Of a DNA stretch of 64,000 nt, positions 1 to 8,889 are shown piece by piece. Within the stretch, counting starts at the first letter, position 1, and each line of letters opens with the position of its first letter. Location: positions 8,745 through 72,744 of the forward strand of contig CAYLHF010000012.1 in assembly GCA_964383365.1 (NCBI GenBank). Direction: 5' to 3'. The notes under the pieces were generated by a model. The model was not told the origin of the DNA. It saw only the letters and a program-made list of their open reading frames with translations, and did no database searches. Made by a program: the position numbers and the translations under genes. This DNA comes from an uncultured Rhodothermales bacterium. Its GTDB lineage: Bacteria > Bacteroidota > Rhodothermia > Rhodothermales > UBA10348.

Positions 1-1394
1 TCGGAGAAAGCAGTTTCGTGTACTCACAGAAATTTGTTGCCATGGACGTAGATGGAGACAACCAGCAGGAATTGCTCGTAGCCGCAAACGGCAACAGTGC
101 ACACGACGTATTCTACATCCTTTCAGTGACCGGCAACTATGAGATGAATGGATTCGGTACCACGTTTGAAACATGGGGTATCGAAGGCCGCGAGGCGCCC
201 AGAACACGCGATATCGGCGGTGGAAGTCCTTACGGACTCATTCCCGCTGATCTGAATGGCGATGGATTCATGGATCTGTCGTTTCATTCGTGGAATAATT
301 TCAATTTCTTCAACTGGACGACGAATGGTGCCAACTCGTATGTACCCGCACCGGACGGAGGCAATTTCAAGGCCTCCCCGGGTGATCATGTCTCCCTGTT
401 CGGCGGCGTCGCCGGAGATATCGACGGAGACGGCAACGACGAAGTATTCTGGCCTAACTTCTTCACGGGCAAGACAAGCGTGCTCGATTATTCGTCGTTC
501 GAGAATGTGTTGACCGTGGACGCCAGTCATTTTGCATATGATGCAATTCCGTTGTCGGCAACCGGTGGAGCTGCTTTTGGTGACATCGACGGTGATGGCC
601 TCATGGAGATCATCGAAGGGGGCTCGTCCTACACCATCGAGAAACTCAATAACAACACGCCGTCTGAGTACATCCATGTTGCCGAATATCTGGGTAGCGG
701 AGATCCCAAAGATGGATCAAGCTATCAGATTTACAACATCGATACGTCATCTCCCCTCGATACATTAGGATTCCATACGGTACATAGAGATTCTCTCGGA
801 ACGATGACCTCTTTCCACGAGACCGCTCAATCCAAACAGGGAACGACCAAATCCAGCGACGGAGATCCGGTATTCCCTTCGGGAATCGCGTTTCTGGGAG
901 ATGCTGATGGAGACGGCACGACGGAGATCGCGCTGTCCTTCCAGGGTGTCGATGACAGCCTGTACGTTTATAACGAAGTTTGGAACGCAGACTCCCTTCG
1001 TTACGACCGGACCGTCGCGTCCCGGCAGGCCAACCCGGTGCGCGCCTTCGTTCGGGTGATATCGATGGCAGGCTTGAACGTAGCGGTAGAAGACAACACC
1101 ATCGTGCTTCCATCTGACTATGTGCTGGAGCAGAACTATCCGAATCCGTTCAATCCATCGACGACGATTCGATTCACATTGCCGCTCGACAAAGCAGTCT
1201 CGGTCAGCGTGTACGACGTTTCGGGACGTCTCGTCAAGCGCGTCGTAAACAACCAGTTCTATTCTCGTGGTACGTACGAGGTCACATGGGACGGGACGAC
1301 TCAGGCAGGCCTTCAGGCCGCGAGCGGGACGTACCTCTACAGCCTCGAATACGGCAACTTCCGCCAGACCAAAACCATGGTTCTGCTCAAGTAG
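1..1394 (+). CDS. FG-GAP/VCBS-repeat protein with T9SS C-terminal sorting domain (5' end cut by window edge)
   Basis: The frame is open to the window start, with no stop upstream of the GTG at 18. Repeated Asp/Gly loops (DVDGDNQQELLV, DLNGDGFMDL, GDIDGDGNDEVF, GDIDGDGLMEII, GDADGDGTTEIAL) are typical of FG-GAP/VCBS repeats. The C-terminus LEQNYPNPFNPSTTIRFTLP...GTYLYSLEYGNFRQTKTMVLLK fits the T9SS type-A sorting domain pattern. Confidence 0.75.
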   Translation, partial: GESSFVYSQKFVAMDVDGDNQQELLVAANGNSAHDVFYILSVTGNYEMNGFGTTFETWGIEGREAPRTRDIGGGSPYGLIPADLNGDGFMDLSFHSWNNFNFFNWTTNGANSYVPAPDGGNFKASPGDHVSLFGGVAGDIDGDGNDEVFWPNFFTGKTSVLDYSSFENVLTVDASHFAYDAIPLSATGGAAFGDIDGDGLMEIIEGGSSYTIEKLNNNTPSEYIHVAEYLGSGDPKDGSSYQIYNIDTSSPLDTLGFHTVHRDSLGTMTSFHETAQSKQGTTKSSDGDPVFPSGIAFLGDADGDGTTEIALSFQGVDDSLYVYNEVWNADSLRYDRTVASRQANPVRAFVRVISMAGLNVAVEDNTIVLPSDYVLEQNYPNPFNPSTTIRFTLPLDKAVSVSVYDVSGRLVKRVVNNQFYSRGTYEVTWDGTTQAGLQAASGTYLYSLEYGNFRQTKTMVLLK

Positions 1395-1414
1395 TCTTTT
1401 TCTTTGACAATTAG

Positions 1415-1446
1415 AGGGGAGGCTCTGACGAGCCTCCCCTTTTTTT
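1415..1446 (+). terminator. Rho-independent terminator after the FG-GAP gene
   Basis: A perfect 11-bp GC-rich stem, aggggaggctc (1415-1425) / gagcctcccct (1430-1440), has the loop tgac and is followed by TTTTTT (1441-1446). It lies about 20 nt after the stop at 1394. Confidence 0.85.
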
Positions 1447-1516
1447 GCCTAGTTTCGAGACTTACGTCCTGTTTTTTGCAATATCACGTGCTACGAGAGT
1501 GATTTCCCACAGACAA

Positions 1517-4318
1517 ATGAATTCAGGTCTACGCTCAATCGTTGCATCTCGGCCATTCTCCCTCGCGCCGACATGTACCCTTTTCGCCTTTCTGGTACTG
1601 CTTATCAGCCCCTATACCGCTTCCGGGCAGGGTAAAATTGCAGGGCGGGTGATCGATAAGGACTCAGGAGAGGCCTTGATAGGTGTAAATGTCGTCATCG
1701 ACGGGACGACCCAGGGAACCGTGACAGACACCAACGGCAATTATATCATTCTAAACGTCCGTCCGGGTGATTATACACTCGCGTTCTCCTACATCGGTTT
1801 CACCCGGGAAGTCGTTTCCGGACTCCGGGTTACTACGGGGCAGACGACACGGTACGATATTGCTCTCAGCGAACAGGTCATTGAGGGAGAAGAAATTGTC
1901 GTGCGTGCCGACCGTCCTCTGGTACGGAAGGACCTGACGGCATCGCGCAAAACGGTTGTGGCAGAAGAGATTGCTGCGTTACCCGTGGAAGGTTTTTTCG
2001 GCGTACTCGTTACCCAGGCGGGCGTTACCCAGGGCCCCAGTGGGGAGATACATATAAGAGGAGGACGAAGTAACGAGATTTCATACCTCGTCGACGGAAT
2101 GTCAGTCGGCAATCCGTTTGATACCAATGGATTGGCAACTTCTGTTGCGACGGATGCCATTCAGGAAATGACCGTGATTTCCGGCGCATTCAACGCCGAA
2201 TATGGAAAGGCGATGTCCGGTATCGTGAACCTCGTTACAAAAGAAGGATCCGATAAACTCCACGGATCTTTCAGTTACTATGGTGGCGACAATGCGACGA
2301 GCCACGGTGACTTATTCGGCACACCGAGTGGGTTCGGTGTCAACGTATTCACCTTGGAAGGAACGCTCAGTGGCGCCATCCCGCTCGCCCGAAACCTGCA
2401 CTTCTTCGTCAGCGGTCGCTACGATCAGAATGACGGAACCATTTTTGGGTGGCGCGAGCATCTTCCATCGGACTCGGCAAATTTCAATGGCGATCCGGCT
2501 CTGCTCGAAACGATCCGACAGTTCAGGCCGGACTACAATGGACCTGCGTGGTACTACGAATTGAATGGAAAACCCTGGTACGAATACGGTGAGAATGAAC
2601 AGATCCCTTCCGAAAGAGTCGCAATGAATCCCCGGAATGGACGAAATTTTATCACAAAAATAAACGGGCGTCCCTGGTCGGGTACCAAACTCGAGTATTC
2701 GCTCATTCTCGACGGTGCCAAGAGAAAGAGGTTCAATTTTGCCTATCGCTACAACCCGGACGGCGTACTCACTACACGGGACCACAGCATCAATCAGAGT
2801 CTACACTGGACTCATACGCTGACCGATAGAGCTTTCTACACCGTCCGTGCATCCGTCGCCAATAACACCCTTCGATCCCGGCTCTACTCAGATCCGGTCG
2901 ATCCGAGATACGTGTCTACCGGAAGCGTTATCGGCTTTCCTGGAAACCAGTTTCTGTTCGGAGGAAATCAGAAGGGAAACGTAAAAGAAGAATCTAAATC
3001 GTTTCGTCTGAAATCAGACTTCACGTGGCAGATTGGAATTATCCACGAAATGAAAGTAGGAGCTGAATTTCAGTCTCATCAGCTTTCAAGAGAGAATTTC
3101 ACCGTCCTGTTTGACGGGGATCGATACAGGACTCCGGAGGTTCCGGATGTAAGCACCCCCGCTCATGATCGATACGTTGACCAATCGGTACAGGAGTTCA
3201 GTGCGTATGCGCAAGACAAGCTTGAATTCGAGAATTTCATCATCAACGCAGGTCTTCGTTTTGAGCGATTCAATCCCAATGGGTCCTACATACCAGACCT
3301 GCTGAATCCGTTTACTCCCGTCGATGAGTTGGCGACGGCCAATCCTACAACGCTGTTGATGCCTCGGATAGGCGTGAGTTTCCCGATTACAGATAACGGA
3401 ATTATTCACTTTTCATACGGACATTTTGCGCAGATGCCGACACTTCGCAATTTATATCGTAACCCCGAATTTGAGTTTGGTGTCGGCTCTACGCCTACGT
3501 TCGGAAATACGAACATGAGACCCGAGCGAACCGTCACGTACGAGATGGGTCTTCAGCAACAGATTTCAGATCTGGTGGCGTTTGATATAACAGGATTCTT
3601 CAAAGACATTCGCGATTACCTCGCTCTGGAGACCCTTCGATTCAGCACCATCGCGGGCGAAGACGTGTACCGGATATATCTTAACAAGGACTACGCCAAT
3701 GTGAAGGGGATGACGTTCTCGTTGACCAAGCGGCGGAGTCGAAACGGATATCTGTCAGCCACTCTTGACTATACGCTGCAGGTAGCGGAGGGCAATAATA
3801 ATGATGCCAACTCATTCTTCTTCAACTTCCTGTCCGGAAAAGAAAATGAGTTTGAACTGGTCCCGCTATCGTTCGACCAGCGGCACATTATCTCATCTAC
3901 AATCACGCTCTCGAATCCGGGCAGTTGGGGGATCTCCTTCATCGGACAGTATGGTTCAGGGTATCCGTATACCCCACTCCTGATCGATCAGAAAATTGAT
4001 CAGCTTCCCAACCAGGGTCGTAAACCGTCCCAGTTGAAACTCGACATGCAGGCACACAAGGTGTTCACCCTTGCAGGAAGAACCAAATTGAAAGTATTTG
4101 CCAAGGTCTTTAATCTCCTCGATCGTCTCAACGAACGTTTCGTGTTCAATGACACGGGTCGTGCCACGTACTCTCTGAATGGAGAACGAGGAGTCCATGC
4201 ATCCTGGATTCCGGCATACGGCCTCCCTGGCATACATGACCTCAACGAATACAATTCACGCCCCAATTTTTATAATTCGCCACGAGAAATCAGGATCGGT
4301 GCCACGCTCAATTTCTGA
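1517..4318 (+). CDS. TonB-dependent outer-membrane receptor with N-terminal carboxypeptidase-regulatory-like domain
   Basis: GKIAGRVIDKDSGEALIGVNVVIDGTTQGTVTDTNGNYIILNVRPGDYTLAFSYIGF is the CarboxypepD_reg-like fold. A plug-like segment (EIHIRGGRSNEISYLVDGMSVGNPF) and a long barrel region follow, and the protein ends in IRIGATLNF with a terminal Phe. The ORF track starts at TTG 1445, but ATG 1517 (MNSGLRSIV...) precedes the hydrophobic signal and is more plausible. Confidence 0.85.
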   Translation: MNSGLRSIVASRPFSLAPTCTLFAFLVLLISPYTASGQGKIAGRVIDKDSGEALIGVNVVIDGTTQGTVTDTNGNYIILNVRPGDYTLAFSYIGFTREVVSGLRVTTGQTTRYDIALSEQVIEGEEIVVRADRPLVRKDLTASRKTVVAEEIAALPVEGFFGVLVTQAGVTQGPSGEIHIRGGRSNEISYLVDGMSVGNPFDTNGLATSVATDAIQEMTVISGAFNAEYGKAMSGIVNLVTKEGSDKLHGSFSYYGGDNATSHGDLFGTPSGFGVNVFTLEGTLSGAIPLARNLHFFVSGRYDQNDGTIFGWREHLPSDSANFNGDPALLETIRQFRPDYNGPAWYYELNGKPWYEYGENEQIPSERVAMNPRNGRNFITKINGRPWSGTKLEYSLILDGAKRKRFNFAYRYNPDGVLTTRDHSINQSLHWTHTLTDRAFYTVRASVANNTLRSRLYSDPVDPRYVSTGSVIGFPGNQFLFGGNQKGNVKEESKSFRLKSDFTWQIGIIHEMKVGAEFQSHQLSRENFTVLFDGDRYRTPEVPDVSTPAHDRYVDQSVQEFSAYAQDKLEFENFIINAGLRFERFNPNGSYIPDLLNPFTPVDELATANPTTLLMPRIGVSFPITDNGIIHFSYGHFAQMPTLRNLYRNPEFEFGVGSTPTFGNTNMRPERTVTYEMGLQQQISDLVAFDITGFFKDIRDYLALETLRFSTIAGEDVYRIYLNKDYANVKGMTFSLTKRRSRNGYLSATLDYTLQVAEGNNNDANSFFFNFLSGKENEFELVPLSFDQRHIISSTITLSNPGSWGISFIGQYGSGYPYTPLLIDQKIDQLPNQGRKPSQLKLDMQAHKVFTLAGRTKLKVFAKVFNLLDRLNERFVFNDTGRATYSLNGERGVHASWIPAYGLPGIHDLNEYNSRPNFYNSPREIRIGATLNF

Positions 4319-4369
4319 GCCACAAGCGGACAGTCCCTTCCGATATATTCTATCCCGACATTATTCGTT

Positions 4370-7300
4370 ATGAATCGAATCAAGCGACTCTCAACGCTGA
4401 CTCTCCTACTACTGATTGCGGGGAGTGCCAATGCGCAGACCCGGGAACGTGGGTGGTCGTATTCTCGACAGGCCAAATGGATTTACCAACAGGCACAGAA
4501 GGGAGGATCGTTTGCTGGCGCTGACTGCTTTGAGGACACTACGAAGCGACGCGACGCAGTCATGAATGGTAATCGAATTACGACTCAGATCCTGAATTTT
4601 GGATCTATCTCCTCTCCTGGAAACACGATCACCGATATTGTCTGGAACGGATTGGGGTACGGTTTTGAGTTCGGCCCGTTTGTCGGTGCCGAAATTGTGG
4701 ATGAAGGCCATAAGGACCCCAAGAGCGTGATCCAGCGTGATGACGCGGGAGCCCCGGTTCTCGATGCCAACGGTGATCCGGTATACGTCATGCATATCGT
4801 TTCTGACGGTATCGTGTCCAACGGCGGTGAAGTTTCACCCGACGGGACAACGTTCTGGGGATGGCAGCCCATCCCGTGTGCCGAGCCGGTCGGTAATTTC
4901 GAGGGAATCGAGGTCGTAAACAAAGACTCGAAGCTGATCCCGACGAGCGATGCCGAGGACAAAAATCTGGATGGTCAGCCCGATTCCTGGCCCGGTTCCT
5001 GGTTCAATGCCAATCTGAAGCAGTACGTCTGGCCGGGGGCTCTTCAACAGGGTTCGTCGAATGCCGACAAGGAGGCGCTCTACTTCATGAATGATGCGTC
5101 AAACAGCGAGTTCGTCTACTATCCGTTCCCATCCGACAGTACCAGACGCGGTCTGGGCCTCGAGGTCGAAGTGCGGACGTATCAATGGTCGAACCCACTG
5201 GCTGAGGACGCCATGTTCCTGGTTTACAAGATCACCAACAAGAGTGAAAAAGACCTCGACAAAGTAGTATTCGGCATGTGGGGTGATCCTCACATCGGAG
5301 GCCCGGGCGATTGGCCCGACGATCTGGCTTTCTTCGACAAGGACCTGAATATGGTCTTCGCATGGGACTCTGATGGCAGATCAGACATTCCGGGACGTCC
5401 GCCGGGATATTTCGGGTATAAATTTCTGGAGAGCCCTGGACGTGGAGTCGAGAACATAGGAGGACAACGGTTTCCGGGCGACGGCATTGACAACGACGGG
5501 GATGGGATGATCGATGAGTCGTGGACAGACGGACTGGACAATGACGGCGATTGGAATTCCGATACGGATGATGTGGGTCTGGATGGTATACCCGGTACAG
5601 GAGATTTCGGAGAAGGAGACGGTATCCCTACGGCGGGTGATCAGTTCGACATCACCAAACCGGGAGAACCAAATTTTGAATTCACCGACATCGATGAGAG
5701 CGATATGATCGGATTGACTTCGTTCGCCTCTCCCAGATTTGCAGGAAGTCGGATCAGGGAAGATGAGCAGGTCTGGGACTGGGTAACGCCGGGAAGATTT
5801 GACGACGTCCCCGGCGAACCGGGGGACTACGTTTTTCTGTACGGATCGGGCTCCTTTCCGCTCCGTGCCGGTGAGACCAAACGCTTTTCGATCGCCCTGA
5901 TCGTCGGAGCCAGTTTCGAAGATCTTCGACTCAACGCAGAGACAGTTCAACAGATTTTTAACGTCGGATATCGCTTCGCTAAGCCACCGGCCAAGCCCCA
6001 CGTAAGAGCCGTTGCAGGAAATAAAAAAGTGACACTGTACTGGGATGACCGTTCAGAACAATCAGTAGATCCCCTCAGCCGTACGAAGGATTTTGAAGGA
6101 TATACCATCTACCGGTCAACCGATCACGAATTTAGTGATCAGCAGACTATCACCGATATAAATGGAACGCCCTTTCTGTTCAAGCCGCTCACGAACCAGC
6201 TGGGTGTAGAGGCTAAATTTGATCTGGACAACGGGCTGAATGGTCCGTCTCCGATCGTCTTCCCGAAACGTGGTGTGGCGTTTGATCTTGGAGATGACAC
6301 GGGACTCTTTCATACGTTCGTCGATTCCAATCGGGTTATCAATGGACAGACGTATTATTACTCCGTGGTCGCGTACGACCGAGGCTTCGCGGGTGGTTCG
6401 GAGACCAGTTTTGCTAACGGTATTCCGCCGAGTGAAACAAGCAAGACCATTACGTTCAACCCAACCACCGATGATTTTATTTTCGATGTAAACACAATCT
6501 CGGTCACGCCTCGTCCGAAGGTCGCGGGTTACGTACCTCCATCCATTGAAGCGACAGGAGGTCTCAGACACATTGGCGGTGCGGCGACAGGCCCCATCGT
6601 CCTGCGGATTCTGGATGATCTTGCCGTACCCGCTGAAGGAAAGTATACACTCCAGTTCTCACGCAATTCGGGAACCGCCTCCTACAGCGTCACCAACGAC
6701 CATCCGGTGTCAACGACGGTTAGAGCCGTCCTCGGAAAAACCTCATCGCTCGGCTATGCTAATATTCTTCCGGAATCGTTCAGCCTCGTAAGCTCCGGAG
6801 GGGCCGTTCTGACACCTGCCACCGACTATCTGCTCAACTCACTCCTCGGATCGGTAGAAGTCCTCGCCACCTCATCGGTCACAGACGGAGATTCGCTTAT
6901 TGCGACTTTTAAATACCAACCGATAGCGTTGAGTACGCGGACTCAATTCGAGGAATCGAATCCTATTTTCGACGGAATGCAGCTCTTTGTTCAGGATGAA
7001 CCCCTTGAACTGGATCTCGATCAAACGGGTTGGGCCGTAGGTGGAAGCGATATAGCCTTCGATGTCGCCCAGGCAACCGCAGGACCTGGACGTATTCCCC
7101 AGCCTTCCGATTACGAAATCACGTTTTCCAACGACATCCTGACAACAGGATTCAGCAACAATCTTCCCCTACCATTCCGGATTGTGAATGTGACTCGCGC
7201 GAATGAGGAAATACAGGCCTTCGCGCCAGATATCAACCGAAACGGTGCGTGGGATGTGGGAGAGCAGATCATTTTTCTGGAAATGATCAACAATACACTG

Positions 7301-7771
7301 ACCGCTACGTGGCAGGTTAAATACGTCGATGACGGCAAAATCCCTGGAAATGGAGACGTGTTCTTCGTCCGGACGACAAAGCCTTTCTCGAGCGATGACG
7401 TTTTCTCTTTCGAGACGGCCGGGGCCCGAACCGATCCCGAACTGGTAAAAAAGGAGCTTCGCGACATCTACGCAGTCCCTAATCCATACGTAGGTACCAA
7501 CGAGATTGAGCCGCGTAATCCAGTTACGCGATCAGATCGAGGTGATCGACGAATGTATTTCGCGAATGTCCCCAGGACGTGCACGATAAGAATCTATACG
7601 GTGAACGGCGAACTCGTCGATACCATCGAACATGATTCATTTCTTGACGACGGGAAGGCGTTCTGGGACCTTCGAACCAAAGACAACATGAACATCGCAT
7701 ACGGCCTGTACATATTCCATGTGGAATCAGCAGAAGGATCATTCATTGGCAAATTCGCGGTAATCAAATGA
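4370..7771 (+). CDS. Large secreted protein with Asp/Gly-rich calcium-binding-like repeats and a T9SS-CTD-like C-terminus; function unknown
   Basis: It has a signal peptide (TLTLLLLIAGSANAQ). An acidic run, DGIDNDGDGMIDESWTDGLDNDGDWNSDTDDVGLDGIPGTGDFGEGDGIP, resembles thrombospondin-type-3/dockerin-like Ca sites. The last ~90 aa (YAVPNPYVG...IRIYTVNGELV...GLYIFHVESAEGSFIGKFAVIK) resemble a CTD variant. The stop overlaps the next start (ATGA at 7768-7771). Confidence 0.6.
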   Translation: MNRIKRLSTLTLLLLIAGSANAQTRERGWSYSRQAKWIYQQAQKGGSFAGADCFEDTTKRRDAVMNGNRITTQILNFGSISSPGNTITDIVWNGLGYGFEFGPFVGAEIVDEGHKDPKSVIQRDDAGAPVLDANGDPVYVMHIVSDGIVSNGGEVSPDGTTFWGWQPIPCAEPVGNFEGIEVVNKDSKLIPTSDAEDKNLDGQPDSWPGSWFNANLKQYVWPGALQQGSSNADKEALYFMNDASNSEFVYYPFPSDSTRRGLGLEVEVRTYQWSNPLAEDAMFLVYKITNKSEKDLDKVVFGMWGDPHIGGPGDWPDDLAFFDKDLNMVFAWDSDGRSDIPGRPPGYFGYKFLESPGRGVENIGGQRFPGDGIDNDGDGMIDESWTDGLDNDGDWNSDTDDVGLDGIPGTGDFGEGDGIPTAGDQFDITKPGEPNFEFTDIDESDMIGLTSFASPRFAGSRIREDEQVWDWVTPGRFDDVPGEPGDYVFLYGSGSFPLRAGETKRFSIALIVGASFEDLRLNAETVQQIFNVGYRFAKPPAKPHVRAVAGNKKVTLYWDDRSEQSVDPLSRTKDFEGYTIYRSTDHEFSDQQTITDINGTPFLFKPLTNQLGVEAKFDLDNGLNGPSPIVFPKRGVAFDLGDDTGLFHTFVDSNRVINGQTYYYSVVAYDRGFAGGSETSFANGIPPSETSKTITFNPTTDDFIFDVNTISVTPRPKVAGYVPPSIEATGGLRHIGGAATGPIVLRILDDLAVPAEGKYTLQFSRNSGTASYSVTNDHPVSTTVRAVLGKTSSLGYANILPESFSLVSSGGAVLTPATDYLLNSLLGSVEVLATSSVTDGDSLIATFKYQPIALSTRTQFEESNPIFDGMQLFVQDEPLELDLDQTGWAVGGSDIAFDVAQATAGPGRIPQPSDYEITFSNDILTTGFSNNLPLPFRIVNVTRANEEIQAFAPDINRNGAWDVGEQIIFLEMINNTLTATWQVKYVDDGKIPGNGDVFFVRTTKPFSSDDVFSFETAGARTDPELVKKELRDIYAVPNPYVGTNEIEPRNPVTRSDRGDRRMYFANVPRTCTIRIYTVNGELVDTIEHDSFLDDGKAFWDLRTKDNMNIAYGLYIFHVESAEGSFIGKFAVIK

Positions 7772-8877
7772 CTGTCATGAAGTATTTCACGTATGGCAGA
7801 CGCGTGTTCTGTCGCTCATCGGCTTCGACGACCAGATGGACGTTTATTTGCATCTGCATCACGGTCTTGAATGTGGGCCACGGCGTCGCAGCTCAATCAC
7901 TGTCTGAGGGTGGAAAGACTAGAACGATCACAAAAGTGGGAACCACGGCCGCCCAATTTCTGAAAATAGGTGTCGGGGCACGGGCGATTGCTCTTGGTGG
8001 ATCGTTCGTCGCAGAAGCCAGTGATTTGTCTGCACTGTACTGGAATCCGGCGGGACTGTCGACGATAAGAGGCGGTGCCTTTTCGATCTCACACACACAG
8101 TATCTTGCTGATATCGATTACAATTATGCCGCATTCGGATTCAATCTCGGAAATCTGGGGTCACTGGCTGCTTCATTGATCTTTCTGGATTCCGGAGATA
8201 TGGAGGTTCGGACTACGCGACAACCGGAGGGCACGGGCGAGTTATTCAGGAGTCAGGACTACGCGCTCCAACTGTCATATGCCCGATCGCTCACCGATCG
8301 TTTCTCAATCGGAACGACGTTCAAGTATATCAATCAGAAGATCTGGCACAGCACGGCATCTGCCGTTGCCTTCGATGTTGGTGTCCTGTTCACAACACCG
8401 TATCGCAATTTGAGGCTAGGAGCCAGTATTGCCAATTTCGGACCGAAAATGAAAATGAACGGTCGAGATATCATTTTCAGTACCGACCCGAGCCCTGATC
8501 AGGAAGGCAACGTTGAAATCGTAAATTCGGAGTTCTTATTGGACAGGCATCCCCTTCCGCTATTATTTCGGGTGGGTCTGGCCTGGGATGCCTTCAAGAG
8601 TTCGGATCATCGAATCGTACTGCTAACCGATGCAGCGCATCCGAATGACAACAGTGAATATGTAAATATGGGTGCCGAATACAGTTTTCGGAATCTTTTC
8701 TCCCTTCGGGCTGGATTCAAGAATGCGTTCGAGGAAGACGGCGAACAAGGCCTGACATTGGGTGCTGGTTTAAACATGAGAATTGACCGCTCCATTCGTG
8801 CCCGGTTCGATTATGCGTATGCCGACTTTGGAAGACTCGAGCAGACGCATTGGTATACCTTTAACCTGATTTTCTGA
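7768..8877 (+). CDS. PorV/PorQ-family outer-membrane beta-barrel protein (T9SS-associated)
   Basis: GTTAAQFLKIGVGARAIALGGSFVAEASDLSALYWNPAGL matches the conserved N-terminal signature of PorV/PorQ proteins. The 369-aa size and C-terminal ...THWYTFNLIF (terminal Phe) fit a beta-barrel. A 4-nt ATGA overlap with the upstream gene suggests translational coupling. Confidence 0.7.
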   Translation: MTVMKYFTYGRRVFCRSSASTTRWTFICICITVLNVGHGVAAQSLSEGGKTRTITKVGTTAAQFLKIGVGARAIALGGSFVAEASDLSALYWNPAGLSTIRGGAFSISHTQYLADIDYNYAAFGFNLGNLGSLAASLIFLDSGDMEVRTTRQPEGTGELFRSQDYALQLSYARSLTDRFSIGTTFKYINQKIWHSTASAVAFDVGVLFTTPYRNLRLGASIANFGPKMKMNGRDIIFSTDPSPDQEGNVEIVNSEFLLDRHPLPLLFRVGLAWDAFKSSDHRIVLLTDAAHPNDNSEYVNMGAEYSFRNLFSLRAGFKNAFEEDGEQGLTLGAGLNMRIDRSIRARFDYAYADFGRLEQTHWYTFNLIF

Positions 8878-8889
8878 TCGCTCCGCCAG

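Noticed and set aside
5381-6001. 206-aa minus-strand ORF inside the 1133-aa gene, and similar antisense ORFs at 11499-12086, 54976-55587 and 45823-46350
   Set aside because: All lie antisense to, or out of frame with, well-supported genes and have no recognisable features.
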